DNA of 64,000 nt from the NCBI GenBank assembly GCA_002633005.1, contig NMRA01000214.1, positions 332,414 through 396,413 of the forward strand, read 5' to 3'. Positions 1-11,251 of the stretch are shown here, in pieces. How positions within the stretch are numbered: the first letter of the stretch is position 1; each line of letters opens with the position of its first letter. The translations under genes were made by a program, and so were the position numbers. The DNA comes from Phoronis australis. Lineage: Eukaryota; Animalia; Phoronida. The notes beneath the pieces are model-generated. The model ran no database searches and was not told the DNA's origin. It saw only the letters and a list, made by a program, of their open reading frames with translations.

Positions 1-572
1 AAATGCGGTTTGGTTAATATAAAACGTCACCCGAACGGNTTATTTCAGTTTACGGGTTTGTCTATGTACTGACGGCACTCGAATAAAAGAATTAGGCTGT
101 ACGTAGAATCACCTGCGTTTCTCTCGATTGTTCGCTGACACTGCGCCAGAACATTAAACCTAATTTAATATGACTGAAATCTTATTGAGAGTTTGCTTTA
201 ATGTAGAAGTCAGTGCTTCTTTAAACACACAGAAATTTGACGATACAAACAAATGGGAGGATTGGAAATGTGTTTTTGATTTTTTCTTTTTCTTTTTCTT
301 TTTTTCTGCACAGTTCTGTACGTTGTAGTGTTGTATATATTTGTATAATTATGTACTGATACTGCATCCTCACTCACAAGGTGGCGCCACATGAGTGCAC
401 TTTACAAATACTGTTCGTAAATTTTCCTCAAGCGTTAGATACGCTTAACAATGTGACTGACTTTTCAGGGCTAACACCTGTAAGTTATGTGATCAGATAA
501 CTTTCATTCAAGGCAGTCAGCTGATCTTGTGGTTATTTGTCCGTGTTGAGATTTTGTTACTTAAATTTACAG

Positions 573-775
573 TTGTGGGACGGAACTGTGTAGACGTCAA
601 ACAACGTAATCCAGGCGCCACTAGCGGTGTCTACTATCTACAAACCAACATAGGCCCACTACAGGTCTACTGTGACATGAAGGTCGGCGGAGGTGGCTTC
701 ACCTTCCTTCGGAAACGGGATATAACGTGTGGGACGAGACTTAACATAAGTGAGCTCAGGCAGAATAACAGTAAG
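573..775 (+). CDS. Internal exon of a fibrinogen/intelectin-like (FReD N-terminal motif) protein
   Basis: Acceptor ttacag|TT at 572/573 (phase 1) and donor AAG|gtaagt at 775/776. Translation VGRNCVDVKQRNPGATSGVYYLQTNIGPLQVYCDMKVGGGGFT matches the FReD N-terminal pattern RxC...SGVY...VYCDM...GGGxT. Confidence 0.85.
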
Positions 776-794
776 GTAAGTTCACGGTACCATT

Positions 795-1000
795 GAAGGA
801 TGACGACCATGACGAAAGTAATGATGATGATGTTAATGATACTGATAATAATATTGACATTAATATTGACTATGACAGTAATTGCACAATGATTATAATG
901 ATGATGATGTTGGTCATGATTACCATTCTCATAATTATCACTTTCGTCGTTATCATTGCAATAACAATAACTATAAAAATAACTATGTAATGGTGGTGGT
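795..1000. repeat. Degenerate (GAT/AAT)n low-complexity tract in an intron
   Basis: Runs of gatgat/aataat/attatc; explains the spurious D/N/I/M-rich ORF 793..990. Confidence 0.8.
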
Positions 1001-2081
1001 AGTTGAGATCAGTTGAAACTCTTCGGGGAATTTCGTAGCATCAAATTATTCCGGCCCAGGATGTTTCATATCTGTGCATGAGCGAAATTCAATCCTAAGG
1101 GCAAAGACGACATTTCGAGTGGCCGATTTTGACGGCATCACGGGTCTGGGCAAAAAAAAATCGTTCTGTACACTGATGTTTCAATTAAGACACCTGAAAA
1201 ATAGGCACGACTTACAGAAAGCTCATACAGGAAAAAATTCAATGAAGTCATAATTTTTTACTTTCCTGCGTATACCGAAAAATGAGATGCCAAAACAATG
1301 ACCAAAATGCGTACCTAATTTCACAAATTCACGATTGCCTCGATTCAAGACAGGGGAGAAAAACCCAAATGCTTGTGCACCCTAGATTCCAATAATTTAG
1401 GTAATATTGAAATATGTCATTACCACCCAGGTTTTGTCAATTTTCACTTGTCTGAAGGGTATGTCATTGTATTCGTGCTAAAAATTCTCAGCTGCACGAG
1501 GATGTGCTCTGAAAATGACGGAACTTGCGTATTGGGATAGATAAGAACAGAGGCCAAATTTCTGGACTCAAAACAACTTCAAGGGACTACTCAACCATTC
1601 TTGGCAATCACTTCCATTAATCTACAAAATTGCCGTCATCTCTGACCCACTTCATTTTTGAAGTACTCGCAAAAACCCGAACCCTGGCCTTACACCTAAC
1701 TGCAAAGTTATTTCTTTAGCTTAGCAGACTTCATAAGTCGTACTGGTGCGCGATGTCATTCTCAGTCCTAAATCTGCCGCCTAGTGCACTATGTAAACTC
1801 TTGTTTAAATCTGTTAGCACAGGGGGTGTCCCGACGCATTCGACAGAATTCACCATTGCTAGATTCGCATGAATTGCTATTAGGATGGAACTTTGCACAT
1901 GCACAGATAGGAAACAGCGAAGGATACTTTGAGGCTACAAAATACCCGAAGAGATCGAAAGTGTTAAACATACAATACCAACGAATCTAATGAGGTAACG
2001 ATCATGGATGATTCAGTGGTCGTGCTACTATGTTATAACACCGAGGGCGAAAACTTTTGACTGCTGTGCCTCGTTTTGTAG

Positions 2082-2585
2082 GTCCTTCTTCGTTACCAAG
2101 ATTCAAACTCACTCCAGAGGTATACCATTCTTGAACAACTATCTCGCTATGCTGGCGTTCCTCTGTCCCTCCAAATATGTCGTCATGACGAATACACGAC
2201 ACCAAGGAACGCTCACCTTGGACCATACCTTTACCTGGGATTTCTACCCATCAGTATGATGTCAGTGAACGCGATACAAGGTTTCCGCTCGAATGGAAAA
2301 GACCACAAGTTTTCTAACTGTGACAGCAACTTCGGTAGCAGATTCACGTTTTATTCGAACGTGACGACTGGAGCAAGGGAGAAATCGACCAAAATGAGAT
2401 ACAACTTAACATCGAAATGGTTGGCATCGGGGCGCCCTCTGCAGGTCGTGACCAATATTCCAGACGACTTTGTATACTTTGCGGAGATGCAGTTTGGTGG
2501 ATGCGGCACTTACTGGACCACGGGGGAAACCTCGGCAAATTTCTACGGAATTCGAATTGACGGTATAGCAATGGGATTCTTCTGA
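2082..2585 (+). CDS. Terminal exon of the same fibrinogen-motif protein (C-terminal region not recognised)
   Basis: Acceptor ttttgtag|GTC in phase 0, compatible with the donor at 775. Open for 167 codons (VLLRYQDSNS...GPYLYLGFLP...QGFRSNG...NCDSN...YFAEMQFGGCGTYW...GIAMGFF*), extending the listed 2256..2585 ORF upstream. Confidence 0.8.
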   Translation, partial: VLLRYQDSNSLQRYTILEQLSRYAGVPLSLQICRHDEYTTPRNAHLGPYLYLGFLPISMMSVNAIQGFRSNGKDHKFSNCDSNFGSRFTFYSNVTTGAREKSTKMRYNLTSKWLASGRPLQVVTNIPDDFVYFAEMQFGGCGTYWTTGETSANFYGIRIDGIAMGFF

Positions 2586-2736
2586 GCAACGAGTCCGTTT
2601 TGCAATCGAATGACGTCGATGGGCACGCGCACTGGTCACGCGGGTCTACTATTAAGGGAATGAAGGTGCTGGCGATCTGCGTGAGTGGGTGGTCAAATGA
2701 CAGCTGTTTTCTGAATCTATTTAATTGGCGATTTGT

Positions 2737-2742
2737 AATAAA
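2737..2742 (+). terminator. Candidate polyadenylation signal of the fibrinogen-motif gene
   Basis: AATAAA about 150 nt after the TGA at 2583-2585. Confidence 0.45.
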
Positions 2743-3067
2743 ATCACAAAAGAACAACGGATTTTGTTATTCCGTACATATAGGTCTGGTCAACTTTAAA
2801 GCGTAATTTGCAAGGTCCAAGTATGTTAAATTGCAATAATATCTTCAAGGTATTGCTATTTGGATGTATTTTATTCAAATCATCGTATTATTGTATCTTT
2901 AGTTATTTAAAAAAGCGAAAATAAGAAAATGCGCGAAAAGTTGACCTTTGACACCGTGACATGGTGTTGGGGAACACAAACCAGATCATATCCCACAATG
3001 CAGTTCACCGCTAATATATCACAGTACACGAAGAACAACGACCGTTCAACCTTGGCGTGTTTTAGCC

Positions 3068-3315
3068 ATGGTGCGTCGGTGTGTGTGTGTGCTAAATATT
3101 TTAACACCACCCATGTGGAAGGTATGAGCCCATTTAAATTCTAAAAAGACAAGCATCTGGCTGCGTAATGGCCGGTTTTCGTGTGCTCTGCTCGTCTTTT
3201 GAAAATGACTGTCGAGTCAGTCAACTGTCGGAGCCGAAATATGCTCCGACCATTTTGAGGACGGCTGCTTTGACGACAAACACATCATGAAAGTTGTAGC
3301 TGGTCTTATAAAAAG
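3068..3315 (+). pseudogene. Decayed THAP zinc-finger domain (probable N-terminus of a Kolobok-type transposase)
   Basis: Across two frameshifts and two stops: MVRRCVC / AKYFNTTHVEGMSPFKF*KDKHLAA*WPVFVCSAR / GAEICSDHFEDGCF, then a gtaag donor at 3316. This is the THAP pattern MxxxC...FxFPxD...W..F...R...ICSxHFxxxCF. Confidence 0.75.
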
Positions 3316-4133
3316 GTAAGTTACCTTGAGAATTTGATGTCTAATAATTCATGACGCTTTCGCAGGGCCTGAACAATAAAAATCTTTTTTCACAATCACT
3401 GTAGTTCTCAAGTGTTTAAAATCTGTTGTTTTTCCGTGAAAGATTTAGTTATAAATGGATCAGTAAAACTAAAAGCCACAACAAATAAAGCTGATCTGAT
3501 GCATGTATTTTGAAAAAAGTGCAGACTATGAATAAAGTAAAACAGGATGGTAACTCAATTCCAAGGTTTTGATTATTAAAGTAGTCTGTTTCAAAAAAAA
3601 ACAGGATTAAAATCTAGTTTTGGCATTTGCTTGAAGGTTATAAAAGAAGGCGAAAACTTGCAATTAGATATCATTGTGTTTTACTTTAATCATGGACAAC
3701 TCTGGATTCAAAATGTTTTTTTTTTTACTTTGAATTGCCGCTGTTGTGCTTTTCAGAGTATGTAAATGAAAGGAGAACACCTTCCACTTAGTGCGGAACA
3801 AAAGAGAAGATGGAGATCTTGAAATTCGCTTAGAAATTGATTCTCCTCCAATGCCGACTGCTGGTGCTCCAGATGTGTCCAAGGAGGATGCCGTGGCACA
3901 GATAAATTCAGACTTGGTGCTTTGTCAATGGACAGCAATGGAATTTCTTTCCGTCACATATTTAACAGTCACAACCAATGTTTTAGATCAAATTTTTGAT
4001 AGTGGTACAGATAGCAATGCCAGAGTGTTTATAGTACCAGTAGTGGAAATTGTGAAAAGCTTTTGTGTGTGGTACTTGGCTGTCCCATTTGTATAGATAA
4101 ACCCAGTGATATACTATGTTCTTATATTGAAAC

Positions 4134-4282
4134 CAGTGGCAGATTTAGAGGGGGGACATGCCCCCCCCTAAAATTCTCCCAGATTCCATGTGACTGTTTG
4201 GGGGTGCGAATGTCTGACGGGCAAAATCATGGCTAATACCGTGCCCTGGCCCCCCTAACTCAAAATCCTGGACCCGCACCTG
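4134..4282. mobile_element. Non-autonomous DNA element (MITE), 5-bp TSD GAAAC
   Basis: Ends CAGTGGCAGATTTAG...CTGGACCCGCACCTG (imperfect TIR); GAAAC at 4129-4133 and 4283-4287. Confidence 0.75.
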
Positions 4283-4691
4283 GAAACATTTCAATGGTTC
4301 TTCAATATAATGACTATAAATATTGCGGCATAACTTTTTTAAGTATATTTGATTTGCACTAAACTGTTGCTGTCCCATACAGTGGGTCGGTAAAGGAAGA
4401 CTTTCTTAAGTGGGGGTGAAAAGGTACTTGTTTGGGTAGTCAGTCTTTTCGTGCCACAATCTCATCTAAATTGTACACAGAATAATCACTTGCACAGAAT
4501 TCGAACATTGTCTTGGGAATTTTTGAGTGAGTGGTGTAAGCACTCCCTCCAGATTTCCCAATTCCTACTCATGTGCATACTTTTTGTGTTTTCACACCAT
4601 GTCATAGACATCTAAAGCTATTGCATACTGGAGCTTTTGGGTTGAGATTCAGTGGTTGCTGTGTCTTGTTATTTGATTTCTCATTGAATTA

Positions 4692-4831
4692 CAGTAGAAC
4701 TCGCTAAGTTGTATCCAGTGAGACTGAGATATTTCATCAAAGTTAGAGTTATTTGGAGGCGTTACTGCGGAATTAATGCTAACCTTTCTAAAGGTCCCAC
4801 TGAAGCGCTACCAATTTAGAGAGTTCTACTG
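4692..4831. mobile_element. Tc1/mariner-pogo-type MITE with TA TSD
   Basis: ta|CAGTAGAACTC ... GAGTTCTACTG|ta; perfect 11-bp TIR. Confidence 0.8.
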
Positions 4832-5380
4832 TATAAGAAGAGGGCAGAAAATTCAGTCTCGACTTCAGACTATGGCCCGGATTCAAAACTTTTAATTTTT
4901 TATGTAACAGCCATACTGTTCAATGTGTTTGCTTAAAGCACACAAACTGAACTCCAATGAGACCAATTCCTCTGTTTACCTAGGTAAACCATGAGTTCAA
5001 CTGATGTTGAGTTTAGAGGTTTATAATGTAGTCCTAGATAAATTACACTTGTCGTGACCATGTTATCATAAGTAACCAGATTGATGAGCATCAATAAATG
5101 CTGCTCGCTGTGTTAATTATTTACCATTCTGAAACCACAGAAGTCTATTCATAGAATGCCTACTTCAATTTTATGCCGTTGAGGTTGCACTACGATTGCA
5201 TTCGTTTGTTACGTTTGATCTTTCTATGGAATTTGTCACTACAACTTTTTGCAACTCGTTTGAATTACATAAAACTAGTCCCCGAGTCACAAGTTTTTAT
5301 AACAGAATACATAGGTCATGTGGAGGAGTTGGCATTCCAGGGCTAAGACAACTGTTGATATCTATAAATGGGTGAAACTT

Positions 5381-5670
5381 TTAAGAAAATCCTTGGAACT
5401 CAAAGTCTTCCTCATTTCCTGGCAGAGGGTAGAAAGTTCTGATGCAGGCTACTGCGCATGCTGGAATGACAACACGGACTGTTCGTCCTAAGTGACCGTG
5501 TACCCATCTTTGGAACTGTCTGTAGGCCACGTGTCCAATCCTTTTATCCAAGGGTCTGTCATAGCCATCAGGATATTGGCTTTTGTACTTCAATCATGCA
5601 GTCTCCAAAACACCACGATTGATGTATACAGGTTTAAACCTCCATGCTCCACAATACATTTTTTCTTCTG
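5381..5670 (-). pseudogene. Decayed P2X7 C-terminal (ballast/Nanor-like) domain ORF, probably the second ORF of a Kolobok-type element
   Basis: KCIVEHG/FKPVYINRGVLETA*LKY...RIGHVAYRQFQRWVHGHLGRTVRVVIPACAVACIRTFYP. The AYRQF..W..G.LG...R.VIP.C.V..IR..(F/Y)P pattern is the P2X7 C-terminal-like signature. One frameshift and one in-frame stop. Confidence 0.8.
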
Positions 5671-6717
5671 TGTTAGTTGTCACGCTTCATTTCCTCATTA
5701 AGTTTTGCAACAACCTTGTCAACCTCTTGGCAACATACTCTTTCTTAAACAACTGAGGTTGTCTGACAGTTGCGCGGGGTGCACCTGCAAGATGTGTCAA
5801 CAATAATACATTATTTCCGTAAACATCAAAATTTCGAATTGAAAAATTTACCAAGAATGCCTCTACCAAATTGAGGGGTCTGCATACGACTTCAGTTTTC
5901 AGAAAAATTGGTTGGAACATCACAACCTATTTATTTTTTGTACAAATTGAACATATATAGTAAAGATATTTACTTTTCATACAAATGAATAGTGCTACAC
6001 CCAAGGCAGTGGTAGATCATACCCGGGGGATATAGTAATGGACATTAGTTGTTTGATTCTTTAGCTGACCCTAAGACAAAAGGCAGTTGTCCTGATTCAT
6101 TGATGGAGGGGACTGTTTTGTATGTAGTCGTGAGACCTGTTCTCCCAATCTGAATCCTATCGGCACCCACATACCATTAATCAAACTAGACAATGACAAT
6201 GGGGCAAACCAACTTGAAAAGCAGTGTTGCCACTCAAAGGGTCGCCCATNCGATGGCCTCCAAAACTATTTCGAATCGCACAACTTCGCACAAACAGATT
6301 AGTGCGTCTTGCTTTAAACATTGTATCATACTTCTGTGTCGACTAATCCATTTAGACTCATTGCGTTTGGCTCTAATGATTACTTCCACCATTTTCTACA
6401 ATGGCCACCAAATAGTTGCTTCGTGTAAGAACTTAAGATTCCAGAGACATGCCATATCCTAAGTTTTTTAGGTCAGCACGTCCATTACAATAATTTTTGT
6501 GTGGATCTTTATGATTACGACTACCATTTTCAAGATGGTTTAACGAATAACTTATTTGGGTCAAATACATCAGGTTTACCTGGACTGAAGGATCATTCTC
6601 CTCCTGAAAAAATGTGCTGTATTGAAAATAACTCTCTGTAATTAATTCAGTAATCCACTATCCACACTGTCTGTGTCACTTCCAGTTAGCTGTAAATGCT
6701 AGTGAATCTATGCACAA

Positions 6718-8290
6718 TCAACCAGTATTTACACAGCTAAAACCACGGCATTCTCCACATGCAACCGAGTGGATCAATCCTAACTTCTTGCAAGTACATC
6801 TCTTGGAACTGCAGTTGGTCTTACACGAGCATCTCACTACTTTCAGCAGGTTCTCTGGTGCTACAGACTGGTCCGTCGTCGTGGGAATGAATTTTCCACG
6901 TGCCAGCATCCAATTCCCCAATACAGCAAGTCTAGGCCACTGCCACGCAAACTGGACCGCTCTTGCTCTTGTTAATATGTCCCGGCAGTATGAAATTTAG
7001 CTACTGAAGAAAGTTGGTGATAATGACTGTATTTGGACTGTGGCTAGTCTGACACCTCATCCACAAATCGCCTGTATCGCAAGTCATCCAAATTTCCAGA
7101 GCCAGTACCGCCATGAAGCACAGATACAACTCTTACCTGAGCTTCAAATATGTCTTGCTTCAGCTGCATGTGTCTAGTGAATACTCTTACTAGAGTTTTT
7201 GCAGAATTCTCGATCACGCAGTTTCTTGAATGGGAGAGCCTTTGCTACTGAATACCGAACAGCTGTAATGTTGTGTTGCAACCACCTATTGCATGCGCAA
7301 ATGGCAAAACTGCGCAAGTTTCGGCACCAAGAGACAACTGCAGTTCCGTGATGTCCCAGACTCTCCTCTTGCTTTGGTGCCTCTTGTCAAATTTCATGAA
7401 CATTGGAATTTGTTGTGAAGTAGCATGGTAACGCAAAAGAACCAAGAAGTCTGTATCGTCTGCAATAAAGGTAGTTGGACCTTGTGCTGCGTTCTCTACT
7501 GCAGTTTCTACAATTAAAGCATCTGCGTCACCTTGAGCTTGTACCACTGTGCAACCAGCATTTCCTAGCAAACTTGACAAGAAGTGAATGAATCGTTGTT
7601 TTTTTTGCTCTTTGCCAAAATTGTTCCATTTTTACTTGATCACCATGTCGCCATTGAAGTGAACTTCAGTTCCAACCACCCCACCAAGTCTTCGAACATG
7701 AGAGACATCCTTAGTTGATGGTCCATCTCAGTAACCAACAAAAACAAAAGTAGGCTGGGTGCACTTGCTGATGTAATCCACATAAGCTCTACCAAATGAC
7801 TGAAACATTGCATCTCTAAGCAATGGAATAAGGTGAAGGAGAGAACCGCCGTCGATTACATGCATCACAGTGCTTTCTGGAAATTGAAATCCTCAGGTAG
7901 TCCCCCACTGGACCAGACTGCATCAGCTCATATTGATTTATTAGCGACTCTGGGAAGACCAGATGTATCAAAAAGAGCAGGGGAACCAACACACAGCTCA
8001 ATCTTTAAAAAGGCTTGATGAACTTTCACTGTTGCCTTTTGCAGCTGTCAAGATTCGCTGAAATAGCAGTCGTGGATGCACTTGTGTAAAATTACTATAA
8101 ACAGCATGAACTGATTGACTTGTCATTGCCACAACATTGTTTTTCTTTCTGAATGTGAAGTCTTTCACACTTGATAAGTGAACCGCATTCCCCACTTCTC
8201 TGGCATTTTCGGCACTGACGCATGTGCCTGCAGTCACACCAGTGGCGATGTTCTGTAATGTTTCTCTTTAAATGGGTTAACATCGTAATT
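6718..8290 (-). mobile_element. Fossil Academ-like DNA-transposon ORF: XPG/FEN1-like nuclease plus C-terminal Cys-rich zinc finger
   Basis: Colinear frameshifted motifs on - strand: NPF..LQNIATGV, HVIDGGSLLH, VFVGY*DGPSTKD..H.RR, QAQGDADALIV, IADDTDFLVLL, LPFAHAIGGCNTT, LDDLRYRRF, SLSPT..AKFH, APENLLKVVRCSCKTNCSSKRCTCKKLGL..S.ACGEC.G.SC.N. XPG plus a Cys-rich finger is the architecture I recall for Academ (AcademX) proteins. Confidence 0.7.
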
Positions 8291-8319
8291 ACCGAGCAAT
8301 CGGCGCCTGAGTAGCAGAA

Positions 8320-9537
8320 CAAGCGCGCACCCAGCCTTTAATATGGGGGCTCGAATTTGTGACGATGTGGACCTTTTGCTGACAAAAAAGCGGCAGAACT
8401 GAAAAAAATTAAAAACGGGGTACCACCTTCAGAACTGTGTACTGTGCGTTTGCGCCTATTTAGTGGACTTTTGTCTCTTTTTCTCGGACTTATTGTTCCT
8501 CTGAGGCGGAACTTTTTGCCCACTTCGCCAAAAGGAGGGGCTCAGTGGCGGATCTAGGATATCACAAGAGGGGGAGCAACATTTTGTCTGAAAACATTTG
8601 TGCAAAGCACGATTAGATGCGAATAGCACCGAATGGGGGGAGGTCGGGAGGTGGAAACTTTTCTGTTTTCTCCTCTAAAAATCAAGCATTTTCTTGATTC
8701 CTGAAGTATTATCCAAGAAAAAAAGGCACAGAAAAAAACAAAAAACAAAATCGGAGAACGTGTCAAACATAAAACACTGCAAATGTCACAGAGTCGAATA
8801 GAGCGGATAGAGCGCGCGTGCTTTACCACTGCACCACCACGATTTCACTCATAATTTGGTAATAAGAGACCTACTTGTTTATGGTCCACAGCGTTTGCGC
8901 GCGAAACCTACTTCTTTTTGTAATGCTTATTACACTTTTATATTTTGTGCAGTCAGTTCGTAACAAATTTGTTGTATTTAAAATAGTCTTCAATTGCCCA
9001 AACGACCAAATCCGTTTTTTGTGTTGGCATTAATGACGCAATTGCTTTGGAAATCGTCTTAAGTTAAGGTTTGACAAAGAGAGAATTATAAGTTTCTGAG
9101 TGATTCACTAAGGTTTCGATTAAAATTCACATCTTACCAGAAGCTTCTGTTTTTTCATCGTCACTCAGATTCCATTTTCTTTAAAAAATGAAGTAATTTT
9201 CTTCATTGCCCAAGAAAGCAGACGACGGAAACGGAGTCGTAGTGCGCAGCGCCACTGCCAGTCGCCTGGGATATCGCGGGAGAGCCTATACGTAGCCCCA
9301 GTTTCGTTACGATTGAGCCGTGTTCCAAATGCAACACTTGATCTGAGCCCCTCCCCCCAAACACACTAAAACTGCACACTTGTTTCCGCCGTATAATGTT
9401 AATTACCGGGGTTAATTAATAAACTCAACATTTCCCTACTCTCTTGCTGTTTTGTTTTTGCGGCAGCCAACCGTCTCCCCCTAAATCCGCCTATGGGGCT
9501 CGTTCGCACCCCCGAGCCCCCCCCGGGTGCGCGCATG
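8320..9537. mobile_element. Outer MITE (CAxGCGCGCACCC...GGGTGCGCGCATG) carrying a nested element
   Basis: 13-bp TIR with 1 mismatch; flanks CAGAA (8315-8319) and CAGAC (9538-9542), a 4/5 TSD match. Confidence 0.7.
8543..9495. mobile_element. Inner MITE (CAGTGGCGGATCTAG...CTAAATCCGCCTATG), 5-bp TSD GGGCT
   Basis: GGGCT at 8538-8542 and 9496-9500; both terminal regions are homologous to the shorter copy at 56464-56810. Confidence 0.75.
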
Positions 9538-10967
9538 CAGACCATGATATTTAGCAAATAAAACTGAGACAGAAGGGTCGTATAATTAACAGTTTTATAC
9601 CAGATGTTATGTTTGGGACCCCATTGCACGATGCGTGTTATTAATACTGCTGCAAGTTTATTGCTTTAAACAATTTTGAGAACATTTGATGATCGAGCCG
9701 GCTAACGACATCGAGTCGACAGTGACCTACCTTTTTAACTTCCCATGTCACACGGCACTGTTAAAGTAGTTGCGGGTGTGGAACACGGAAAATAACATCA
9801 CATGGCCGTATAGTTGCACTCAATTTGTTCAATGCGTATGGGATAAACCATGAAAGGAACGTAGACATTTGGTACGTTCAAAAATTTCGGGCCAATCTCA
9901 CGTCAAGCCCAAGCAGTTCTAGCACATATGTCGTTAAATCTATAACATAAACTTCAAACGGATTTTCAGGAAGCCGTCTTAATTTAAAAATGATTTGCTT
10001 TAACTTTGAGGTTGATGAAATCTACGTGACGTGCGATACATTAACCCGTATTTATGCAATTCCATAAAAATTGACGGACTGTAACAATGCATTCCTCGCA
10101 GTCATCCAGCAACTTCAAGCTTGTATCAGGCGAGAAGCCCACTACACCGAGCCAGATGAAACTGGTAAGTAAGACTGACGTTTAGCGGCTCTGGTCTAAA
10201 CGGCTTCCTGCTTCTTCAGTTTAAAAAAATGTGCCAACCAACGAAACAAGAATCCACCAAGAGGGTTATTGCTAAAAAATTTGCTTCAGTGCTAACGACA
10301 TGAATGTCACACATACAGGTTAACCACCAATTGAATAATCTTCAATTCCGGAGTCTTGGAATGGGTTGCAGTTTAACATTTCAGAATCGAAACAAAACCG
10401 TATTGTCATTTTAAAGATTAATAGACATTCCTGGCCTGTTCAAATGATTTCAGTTCAAGATATTGCGTATGGGACAATATTTTGTACGGAAGCTACGAAA
10501 GGACATGGTGCGTTATACATGTATTTCCAGAGCGATTGTATACTTTGTTATGGGTAGGGCTTGTGCGCGGTACTTTTTGACATGATAGACCGCCTCAAAC
10601 GTGCTTTATCGTAGTTTGAAGTGACTGCTTTGAGGTAACTGGAAACCCGCAGTTTTGTTTGTGTTATAACGCGAAACTGCGCGGATTTAGTATTAAAATG
10701 CAAGTTCACTTGATAACAGGTGCGAATGCGTTGTATTTTCGAAAACTCGCATGTGCACAGGGACAACAAAATACGCTCACTGCGCAATAAAGCGTTGATG
10801 TCCTCACGCTAACTTCAACAACTTAAAATGTTAATTTTTAGATATTCGCATGGACTCTCCTAGCGTCTGTCACAGGCAAGCTTCGAACTGAAAACACCAG
10901 AAGTTACGATTTTGGGGAAGGCCTTGTCGATGGCGCGAAACTTAGCGTTCGCCCAGCGGAAAGAAAC

Positions 10968-11251
10968 ATGGGACAAAATGATGGAGAAATATATGAGCTG
11001 TCAGAAATCACTGCACGCGTAACGAAAGACGTTGACGAAGCAGACGATCAAACTGACCACATCGTTCGCTCAGAGAAGGATGCAAAGGCCAACTTCGAGA
11101 AAGCAGACTACAATGAACGTGATGAACGGAGGATGCCAACTGGGACGTGTAAAATAACGAAGCAAATCATTCGACGCTATTTCAGACTCAAAAATCGTGT
11201 TTATCGACTTTTAAAAGGGGAAATCTTGATTGTTAGGTGCCGTGAACCCAG
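10968..11251 (+). other. ATG-initiated 95-codon ORF ending at a splice-donor-like site; possible orphan exon
   Basis: Good start context (aaacATGG), acidic-then-basic sequence, ends CCCAG|gtaggt. No recognisable domain and no phase-compatible partner exon found. Confidence 0.25.

Noticed and set aside
1-100. Possible upstream exon of the fibrinogen-motif gene (phase-1 donor T|gtacgt at 98/99)
   Set aside because: An n at 39 breaks the frame, and no acceptor or recognisable motif is visible; cannot be supported.
793-990. 65-aa acidic-then-hydrophobic ORF resembling a membrane peptide
   Set aside because: Translation of an intronic trinucleotide low-complexity tract.
5381-5593. A true P2X7 receptor gene
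   Set aside because: Only the C-terminal-like domain is present, with a stop and frameshift; no transmembrane or ectodomain exons nearby.
6718-6921. Tesmin/LIN54 or KIF4 CXC-domain host gene
   Set aside because: The Cys cluster is the tail of the frameshifted XPG-like transposon ORF.
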